From Collodictyon triciliatum (Eukaryota), in assembly GCA_043381765.1 (NCBI GenBank), contig JBHJMP010000708.1, positions 1-39,859 of the forward strand: DNA of 39,859 bases. The letters are read 5' to 3'. Below, in pieces: positions 1 through 19,418 of the stretch. The notes beneath the pieces are model-generated. The model saw only the letters and a list, made by a program, of their open reading frames with translations, was not told the origin of the DNA and searched no databases. The translations under genes and the position numbers were made by a program. Numbering within the stretch: position 1 is the stretch's first letter; each line of letters starts with the position of its first letter.

Positions 1-104
1 GTTTATTTGTTTATTTGTTTGTTTGTTTGTTTGTTTGTTTGTTTGTTTGTTTGTTTGTTTGTTTGTTTGTTTGTTTGTTTGTTTGTTTGTTTGTTTGTTT
101 GTTT
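1..104. repeat. (GTTT)n microsatellite
   Basis: Directly visible tetranucleotide run. It explains the spurious FVCL-repeat ORFs at 15 and 23. Confidence 0.97.
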
Positions 105-418
105 GTGTATATTCATGTAAGCATCATTTTATTGTTTCAAAAATATTATGTCCCAAAATCCCTGGACATCAGGCTAATCTACAGTCTTTTTTCCGCATTC
201 TTTTTGCTGAGCCCTTGTTTTCTTTCTCTGTTTTCTTATGAAATGAAATAAATAATCATTCGACTATGTTTAGAAAAATTATTCTAATTGTTGGTTCATA
301 CCTCACATTAAGATTGTATTCAAGTTCAATTCAAAATATTTTCACATAATATATTTTATCTCAATCTCTTAGATTATTTCTTTATTGAAATGCCGAAGTA
401 ATGTATCTATAAATACAG

Positions 419-2775
419 GTACGGTTGATGGGTCAAAGAAATATTTTGAAATTGGATTAGATAATAGGCAGCCAATTGTCGGAGACCCTCCATCATCCTG
501 CTCGTAAGTTAATCCATAAGAACATCCCAGATTCAAATTAAGTTCTTGTATGCAAACCCTCATCAACCTGCGCAAATTGATTTAGTTGATCGTTATTGTT
601 AATTGTTGCGTTTACATTTTCTTGTCAATGAAAATGTATAAAACCTGCATTGATAAATAATCCACTCTCTTGTTCGCATTTTTCTCCTAATCTTGGCTTT
701 TTTTTATCTATTTCGTTCGCAGCATATTTGAATTAGCCAACGATATTGAATTTCAATTTACTGGATATTCTATGACCCTTGAAAACAAGGAAGCTGTCGA
801 TAATGTTTTTGCATTTTCATGCAAATGGAATCCGACTATGTACTTAGTTTACTTTTACCAAATTTGTTCCAATGAAAAAAATTGTAATAAGAAAACTATC
901 AATTGGAAGAAATCCAACTTCCTGACACAAAATTAGAGGCTTTGAAACTATTCACAAGAATACCTTATAATGCGATAATCAGAAGCCATTACCAATATTA
1001 TTTTGCTCAATACCCAACATAACAATACCTCAACAGGAAAATTGCCCTTGATTGTAAATACCCTCCGATCGGATGTGACGAGATGATATTCGGGTGGACA
1101 GGAGTAAGTTACGATCAACCCATGAACACAATATACCACCAATTGTAATCGATTCTACCCAGACATATGTACTAACATAAAGCAACCAACATCTTACTTT
1201 TTTTTTTAGGGCTCAGAATCATATAACTATCCTTCAAGTGTTGGATTTCCAGCGAAAAATAAGCTCTCTCAATATGTCCTCTTTATTGTAAACTATGTAA
1301 AAGGGGTACGTGGTCTTTTATATATATAATGAGTTGTTCTCAAAGTCACTACCTTTCTGTATCAGAAAAGACCATACACATGCATATAATGGTAACAAAA
1401 AAATGTCAATAGTTTGCGGGTGCTGATGGTTTGACTGGTATGCAACTTGTCTATACTGAAAACTTGAGACCTGACGCAATCGGGTTCATGTCCTTTGGTG
1501 TTGGGATAAACGCCATCGCCTTAAAGCCTCATTCAACATCTGAGCAGGTTATTTGGAATTCATTTTCGCATATATACAATCGACAGTTTTTTTTTTGTTT
1601 TAGGATTGTTTTTCTCTCTCTTTGGTTTCATATGTCCAAGATATATTCGTGTAATGTGAGAGGCATATATGTATGATTAAAACTATTCATTGTAAAATTT
1701 TTGTATATAGGTAGTAATATAATAATAGCAATAACAATAAATTCTACGATTATAGCATAAGGATAGAAATATTATATGTAAGCACTAGGGACTAAACTAA
1801 AAAAAAATTTTAAAAAAAAAGCTAATATTTAAAGACGTTTTTAACATTCTCACTTGGCAATCCGTAGGTATCTGGGATGTGCCCAAGCACCTGTTTAAAG
1901 TCATATTTTGATAAACCGGTCACAGTCTTCAACTCGTACTTCCACATGCATTCTCTAGGGACCAGCGCCAAATCAGAGATCAAACGTAAGAACCAGGTCA
2001 TCACGCTGAGCCAAATCGATAACCCATCCTCCGGACATAGGGTAAGCCAATCTTTTTGACATAACGACCTGCCCAGACTAGAAGCACAGCTTCACCAAAA
2101 ATAAACTCAGCAATTAGCTCAAACCTTTTCATATAGACGCACGCTTTTGTGAATATCCAAACTCGTTGTATTGATTCAATTAACTCTTTGCAGAATATGG
2201 CAACAGTGAATCACGCAACAATCGAGCCAGGAGATGAAATCATCACTACGTGCAAATACGACACTTCACAAGTTTCTCTGTAAGAACCTCAATTACAACT
2301 CCAATTACAACTCCAATCACAACTCCAATCACAATCACGAAGACAATTTCAATTACAACCACAGACCCACTCTGGGCGGTCATGCAAAGAACAAGGAAAT
2401 GTGCTACAACTACATCGCATACTACCCAGCAAACCCCACTATCGCGCACTCATTCTGCGGAAACGGGCCTGTTCATTCTACATTCAGCTTTGTCGCCTCC
2501 AAAGTATGTGACCACCAGACAAGAAATGCTTCATTTTCATTCCACATAACACCATATCATACCACGCCAAACCCCTCATGCATGAATCCCCACAGGACGC
2601 CGAGACCACTCACTGCTTCGGATTTGCCAACAGCGGCGAAGCCCATCGCAACCGACTGCACCTGCACTTTGGCGGCCATGCAGGGTCGAAGGCCAATCGC
2701 ACGCACCCCGTGCCCCACATGAGGCCCACGAGGAAGGCCCCCATCAAGGCCCCAAAGCCGGCGAAGAAGAACTGA
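419..2775 (+). CDS. Copper type II ascorbate-dependent monooxygenase (DBH/MOXD1/PHM-like), 5' end not resolved
   Basis: In-phase GT-AG exons 419-503, 723-839, 1037-1103, 1210-1305, 1413-1547, 1868-2041, 2194-2279, 2365-2503, 2596-2775. They give ...GWTGGSESYNYPSSVGFP...GMQLVYTENLRPDAIGFMSFG...GMCPSTC...FHMHSLG...IEPGDEIITTCKYDT...TLGG...EMCYNYIAYYP, which is colinear with the DBH catalytic domains. Stop TGA at 2773-2775. Confidence 0.88.
2290..2360. repeat. Imperfect 12-bp tandem repeat (AATYACAACTCC) in a monooxygenase intron
   Basis: Visible repeat units inside intron 2280-2364. Confidence 0.8.
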
Positions 2776-3348
2776 CGGCTGTGACCCGCGTCTATTCCCC
2801 ACACACACGCAGAAAGGAAAACAGTAAACATGCTCACGCGGCACCACAAATGTTGCAACATACGCATATGCTGGAGACGCTGGAAGCTACTCGCTTTGCA
2901 GGGGGCGACGCTCGTTTATTTTTTGGTTTCTGGTGTGTGGTTGTTTTTCGTCTCAATATTCTGTTTTCCAGTATTATTATTTTTTTTTTTTGAATTTGGG
3001 GAGAGGACAGGCGGAATCAAGCACCAACGCGCAGACACGGCACAGGGTGGGTGAAGGGAAGGTAGAGGCGGGGGCCTTTGGCGGCGACGCGGTGTGGGTG
3101 GGGCAGGTGAGGGTGCCCTGGCTCTGCCTGACTCTGCGGGTTTCAAGGACTAGGACAGGACTCAAAAGGATATGACAGATATGGATACCGTGAATATTTT
3201 TTTCTTTTGCTACATGACCCGGTTTTTTGGTTGTCGAATGGTGTCTAAGCGAGTCCGTCGCACCCCTGCAACTCGGCTGCCGCCAACACGGGGGCAAGTC
3301 TGCGATGTTTGAGCGAAGATATACTACATCAGATGATTGAAACCGGGG

Positions 3349-3405
3349 CAGAGAGATAGAGACAGATTGAGATTGAGATAGAGATAGGGATAGGGATAGA
3401 TAGAC
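3349..3405. repeat. GA/GATA-rich low-complexity repeat
   Basis: gagatagagacagattgagattgagatagagatagggatagggatagatagac, between convergent gene ends. Confidence 0.75.
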
Positions 3406-3589
3406 GGTCCTCAAAGCCGTATACATATATAGCTCTCCTGTATATTTCTTACTCTAACGTCGTTTGTATGCAAAAAAAGAGAAAGATAGGTAAATCAAGG
3501 GCAGAGACAACAGCGCCAGTCGTGTCAATCGCTCCAATGTGACTCGGCTTTAGGTGTGGCATAGGGTGATGCTGGTGCTGGGTGCGTAC

Positions 3590-6236
3590 CTATGAGCTGT
3601 TGGCAATGGGCACGCCGTGCTGAGCGGTGGCAAACTGATCAGCAGGACCAGCACCCAAGCTGTACTCTTCCAGGATGTTCTTGGCCTCCTCGACCTTGTT
3701 GGTGAGGGCGCCGGGCGTGTCCAGCAGGCTCACCACCTCCGAGGTGTCCATCTCCAGGATCATTCCGGTGATGCGGGTGGCCAGCTGCGGGTAGGAGGCG
3801 CTGACTCTGTGGAAAATGGCGTCACCGAGAACGCGTCGCTGCTCTTCCGTGGGGATCTGCGAGAGCTGCTGCAGACCGGCTATGACGCGCGGCAGAGAAA
3901 ATATGTATTGAACACAGCGCTTGACGTAGACATGCTGATAAGCTTATCCATTTTTTGCTTTCCCTCTTCTCTACAATGGTGAACCATGATAATGTCGAAG
4001 GAGAATAGTTGGGCATCTTACCCTGGGGAGAGGAGCCAGGAGCCGGGCCGCGGTTCAGGGCGCCGGCAGCAGCGCGGGCGTAGGACGGCGCACTTGTCCC
4101 GAACTGGAATCGACTGGCATTGGGAACGGGGGCAGAGGCGTTGATTGGGGCAGAGCTGGACGGGGCATTGCGGACGCGGGGGCCGACGGAGGTCTGGCCC
4201 GCATATGGCATGGGGTTTCCGCCGGGGCCTGCACGGGGTGCGGAGTAGCCGGGGGCGCCGCCGGCGTAGTTGGGGTTGCGAAGCGGACGCCCGCGGCCCT
4301 GCGCGTGGAAGGACTGGTGGTGGCCGCCGGCAGCTGCGGCGGGGTTGGCGTAGTAGGGGTTTCCTTGGCCGTGGCCCGGACGGGCGGCGGCGGCGGGGTT
4401 GAGGGTGGCGGGGGCCTGCGTGGAGTTGGCGGCGGGGCCGCGGCCGGGAGCCCCGGGACCTCCCATGGGCACCGAGCCCATGCCTGGGGCGTAGCGGACG
4501 GGCGGGTAGCTGTAGACCGGGCGGTGGGGCATCCCGCCGTAGTAGAGGTTGGCGGGGTACATGCCGCCGGCAGGGCCGAAGTAGGGCCCGTCCAGGCGCT
4601 GGCCGCGGGTGCTCTGCACGCTCTGCAGAAAGGCCCTTCTTTCGTCCTTGCGCTGGGCTCGCGAGACGTAGAGTGGACGCGACCAGACGAGCTTGTTGTG
4701 CATCTCACGGAGAGCGCGTTCGGCATCTTCGGCACTTTGGAAGCACACGAAGCCGAAGCCTCTGCTGCGTCCGTCCGGGCCGCGCATGATGACGGCGCTG
4801 GAGATCGGCCCGTAGGTCTTGAAGGCGTCCGTCAGCTTGACGTCGTCCACGTCGTCGTCGAGGTACTTGACGTAGAGGTTGGTGCCCTGGGTGAGAGTGT
4901 GTGGGTGTGAGTGAGTGACTGACTGAGTGACTGAGTGACTGAGTGAGTGACTGAGTGTGGCTCATACCTTGTTGAGGGCGTCGGGATTGGAAGGGTAGAT
5001 GGGCTCGCCCTTTTTCAAGGCACGAGTGCAGTAAATGCTCTTGCCACAAAGCTCGACACCGTTCATTTCTTCGATGGCCTAGAAAAGACAACTCTGGCGA
5101 TAAGCCCAAACACAATGTGTTTCGCTACATGATGCAAGTCGAGCGGCGAGAGAAGCGAAATGTAAAAGAAGGCTGCTTCTTTTCTTTTTTTTTTTTACAA
5201 TGATTCTTTCTTCGGAATGGTGCAAAGAAGGGGTAGGTTTGAGATCTACCTTAACAGCATCTTCGTGCTTCTGGAAGGAGACGAAGCCGAATCCACGAGA
5301 CTTGCCGTCAGCGACGTTGGTCACGACAAAAGGACTGATAATGGGGCCGAATTTGGAGAAGAGCTCGCCCAGCTGTGATTTTGTTGTGTTTCAGAAAGGC
5401 ACACAAATGTTCTTTTGGAAATAGCTTAAACAGTTGAAAAGAGAGGCATGGTTCGGTCATACCTTAGCTGAGTCGATGGATTCATCCAGGTTTTTGACGT
5501 AGACGTTGTTAAAGCGGACTTCAGAGGGTTGCTTCTTGGAAATAAAGTTGCCCACATAAACGATGAGCCCGTTGATCATCTTGCCGTTCACTTGGTTGAT
5601 GGCAGCTTCGGCAGACTCGAGGGTTTCGTAGTGGACGTAACCAAAGCCACGGGACTTTCCGGCCTCGTCGGTCTCGATCTTGCAGGACAGGATAGTTCCA
5701 AACATGCTGAAGGTGTCGTACAGGATCTTCTCGTCGATGCTCTTCTCAAGGTTCTTGATGAAGACGTTTCCGGCACCCGAGCGGCGGAGAGAGGGGTCGC
5801 GTTGGCTGCGCATCAGGCGGCAAGGTTGGCCGAGGATTGGGCTATAGTTTAGGTTCTCGATGGCACTCTCGGCTAAGGGAAAGGGTTTCAATAGATGAAA
5901 ACAAAATCTTAGTTTATTGCAATGCCATATTAGTATTACCGACGACAAAAGGGGGGAAAATAAAATAAAACAGTTCCTGAAGAAGAGGGGAAGGAAGAAT
6001 GGAAGAATGGAAGAATGGAAGAAAAGACAATAGCAAAGGCAAAATAACTAACCGTCAGCCTGCGATTGGAAGTTCACGTAGCCGTACTTGAGGGACATGC
6101 GGGTGATGGCATCGCGGCAGACGCGGGTGGAGTGGAGGGGACCAACAGCGCTGAAGTGCAGGAAAAGGTCGTTCTCGGTAACATCGGGTCTCAGATTGCC
6201 GACGTAGAGGGAGGTGTTTTGGAAGGGAGCGGCCAT
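3590..6236 (-). CDS. PABPC1: Cytoplasmic polyadenylate-binding protein (4 RRMs, Pro/Gly/Ala linker, MLLE domain), multi-exon
   Basis: RRM1 SLYVGNL...[19 protein letters not shown]; linker [23 protein letters not shown]3 [14 protein letters not shown]4 [11 protein letters not shown]...[12 protein letters not shown]. The last exon gives [12 protein letters not shown]...[10 protein letters not shown]...KVEEA (MLLE domain). Stop TAG at 3590-3592. Confidence 0.97.
4893..4960. repeat. (GTGA/CTGA) compound microsatellite in a PABP intron
   Basis: gtgagtgagtgactgactgagtgactgagtgactgag, directly visible. Confidence 0.85.
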
Positions 6237-7774
6237 TCTGCGTTTGGTGAAGGAGTGGGGAGAGGAAGTGGAGTCTTCAACGGGTTAGTTTTTGGTTGTT
6301 TTTGTTTTTTTTGTATACGTGGAGTGTGTCTGGACATTGTGAAAAACAACTGAGTGACTGGACATTTGAATTTTGGGCTTAAGGGGTGAAGGAAAAGGAC
6401 ACGTGTAACTGAGTGCTCTTGGGGAAATACAGAGCAGAGTGCTTCCAAGTGTGTCACAGTGTCTGAAGTATAAACTGAACAGAGAAGGGAGTGAAAGCTA
6501 TATATAACCCATGGCTGGTTCTGAAAATAAGACGTGGGAGTCGTTCGGATTGAAGAATACAAGGTTGTTGGATTGGTTGAAGGAATGGAGACAAGAAAAC
6601 GGGACGAGACACAGTCACAAAGTCGGAGGTAAGAGATTGGCCGCATATGGTGCATTTCTTGGAAATTTCTGGAAAGATGAATCAGTGTAAAACTGTACCA
6701 ATCAAAAACCACTAGAATTATTGCAACAGCCAGGGGCAAGACCACAAAGAAACATGGATCTGATTACTGATGGGTTTGCGAGAGTCAAAATGGTGTGTTG
6801 GTGAGAGAAAAAGAAGAATAAAAGACTGCCACGGGTTTCTGTGTTGGGCTTGAGCCACATACTCAAGGGTAATGGGTTAGAGAGGCGAGAAATTCCAGGT
6901 CTCGTATATCGGTATTAAAGAAACAAAAGTTGGCAGAAATAAGGAGCTCTGACATGGATGCATGACTCAAGCAGCCTGAGGAACTATAAAAGTGGCGGTA
7001 GGCAGGTGATTGGTCAGAGCTATCGTTCGAGGCTAGAACGTAGCGTCTTTGCCACCTTCTTCTATGCGACAGCACGGACCGGTGCGACTTTCGTGCGAGG
7101 ACAGTACGGCTCTAGGCTCTTTCACGGCTGGTGTATAGTAGCGAGAATAGGTGTTTTATATTTGAAGCCCACACAGCCATTCGCTATTGCCTCATGTATA
7201 GCCATCGACCCATAAGCAACATAAAGATGCCAGAATATGGACAAAAGTTGTCGATTAGAAGACTCGCCACGCCCAAATTCAAACTTTCAAATAATTAGGC
7301 CAAACATCCTTTCGTGGCCAGAATAACGCCCACACAAAAAACACGCTGGAAGCCAGGCAAATGCAAAGGAACATTAGGAAAAAAAATGCATTGATTGCGA
7401 CACATGACGCGACGAAAAAAATGGCGATCCAAAAGTGGAGTAATCCTAAAGAGAAAAAAATTGCTTCATTTGCCTTCAATGCGTTTAAATTGCCGTGTTT
7501 ATTCCATATTTGCATGGTTTCCATGAAAATATACATTTATTGCACATTCGTCGAACTGATGAAAAACTATTCTTTTTGCTATGTCTGATAAATACTACTA
7601 TAATTAACGAGATGGTAGTGACTCTGGCTGTGGTCTTGAATCTCTCATTTATGGAAAATATTTATATTAAATAAAACTCAGAACTTAATTGGCTTATTTG
7701 AATTATACAATATATAATACGAATAAATAATTCCATTATTTGTCACCACATATGTATTGGTACGAAGTAACTTG

Positions 7775-8350
7775 CAGATTGTGGAGGTATGGTACATCCA
7801 AGCAAGATACTGGTGGGTGAGACTTTCCTCGATAACTTCTTTCGCCACCTGCAGGTTCTCTAGTACTCAGACCTCGTGGGAAAAGAATTGTAAAAATAGG
7901 CTGAGAAAGTAATAAAAACAACAACCTCGTCTTACCTCTCTCAGGCAAGCAAAAAACCAGGCTACAGGCCAAAACACATGATGCAATCCCTGATTACCGA
8001 CTGCTTCGCCAACCAGATGTCAAGCAGCGTCCATGCAAACAATGGGCAGCAATCCAGAGCCAAAACCTCCACCATGCGGCACAAACTAAAAGAGAGTAAA
8101 TTTCTTCGATAGCTAGTTTGGGCATAAATGGTCATCAGACATGTCCGATTCATCGGTAAAGTTTCCCCCCCCCCCTTTATTCGATTCAAAGTGCATCGAT
8201 GATTCATCGGTAAAGTAAAGACTTAAGCTGCGCACATAGGCCCAAGCCATACGGAAACACAAACCAGAATCGCTGGTAAAGTCTATGTGTTGAGTCTAGA
8301 TGGACCGCTTATGTAGTCTGTCATTCTAAATCACATCCGAACGCAAAGAC
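7775..8350 (+). mobile_element. Possible highly decayed non-LTR retrotransposon 3' fragment
   Basis: Stop- and frameshift-broken peptides GGMVHP (about 7783), KQWAAIQSQNL (about 8040), TCPIH (about 8140) and AQAIR. They occur in the order expected for the L1 GGLG, WxxIW and zf-RVT motifs. Weak and motif-based only. Confidence 0.3.
8163..8200 (-). mobile_element. 38-bp 5'-truncated copy of the LINE 3' end with a 16-bp target-site duplication
   Basis: Insert tt-C11-tttattcgattcaaagtgcatcgat matches 28931-28963. It is flanked by identical gattcatcggtaaagt at 8147-8162 and 8201-8216. Confidence 0.85.
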
Positions 8351-8715
8351 GAGCACAGCCCTTTTCCAATAATAGATAAATTTATAGAATGTCTTAATTA
8401 ATCCGAGCTTCTTTACTCCGCATTCGCTGCGTCTGCGCTGGATCAGGTTCCTTTTCCACCTGGCCTCGTTTGCAGAGGTTTATTGGGATCCACAGAAGAT
8501 GTTGTGGCAATGACAGTTTGCGAGCTACACCTGGCAATTGCTGAGACTTCTGAATCCTGAGCACTATGGTTGTGACCTTTTTGGTTGAGATCGATGCTGC
8601 CTCACAGCAGAAATGAAAATTATATGAGGGGAACATGGTGCCACTTTACTTTTCCCTTCTTGTTTTTCTTCGATTCCTTCTTGATTTTAATAGACCTACA
8701 CAATTTCCCCCATAG

Positions 8716-15296
<6,581 letters not shown>

Positions 15297-15666
15297 ATGG
15301 ACTGTTATCAGTTTTGCACTTCGCTCACCTTACTTGCCCTCCTCACCGTCGTCATAAAGATGAAAAATAAAATAAGAAGCAAAAAAATAAAATAAAATAA
15401 ATAAAAATATTATGATGACAAGAAATAGGAAAGAAATGAAGGGACATTGTCTGTTTTGCCCTCCCCCTCTTCTGTCTGGATATGTAAAACCACGCGTCCT
15501 TTTGTGTACGTTCCATAATTTCTCCAAACTAAAGCCACTATGAGATGTACTCATTAAAGTTCGATATATGTGGATTCATGCAAATGATATTGTTTTTTTT
15601 TTATCGCATATTAAAGAAAGAACGCAGACTTTCACCTGCACTGACAGCTAAACTCAAGTAGTAGAT

Positions 15667-18849
<3,183 letters not shown>

Positions 18850-19418
18850 AAGGGCACACACAGCAAGAGTTCCATTTCACCGACTTTTGTCTGTGTCCTC
18901 TGATTGTGCGCATATAAATACTCTTTACAACATTTACGGCTAGTGGGTTCAGTATCAGGGAGTCTTTACTACTTTTATTAACTTCTTCTTCTTCTTCTTT
19001 CTTCTTTCTTCTTTCTTCTTTCTTATGTTATTTTTTGAACGAAGTCCAGAGATATGAAATAACAGAACAAAAGCAGCTTGTCTACCTCTTCACATAATTA
19101 GTCAATAGCTGTGAATAAATATCAATGCGATTCACTCGTTCACTTTGTTTCCTCTCAAACTTCAACTTATTTTAGTGTGCATGTCGTTTGTTTCATGACC
19201 ACTTTCCAATTGACAGCCATTTGCTTTTCATCCATTTATTCTTTGTCACTTAAAAGATAGTATACTTTCCAACAAAACAGTGCAACTCGTTTGTTTGATC
19301 TTGTGGGCTGTTATATATATATACTATCACCTTTATTTTTTAAGTTTTTTTTCTCTATTCTATCTCTTTTTGTTTCCGCTTTGTTTTTCTACCTTGTCTG
19401 ATGACAGCGCCCTAGAGA

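Noticed and set aside
15-251. Homopolymeric or periodic ORFs here and at 9457, 13713, 16478 and 24535
   Set aside because: They are translations of microsatellites, not genes.
3617-4910. Long plus-strand and alternate-frame ORFs over PABP
   Set aside because: Shadow ORFs caused by the high GC codon bias of PABP.
8400-8612. GC-balanced segment with several short hairpins upstream of Vps34
   Set aside because: No recognisable ncRNA motif; more simply explained as Vps34 promoter or 5' UTR.
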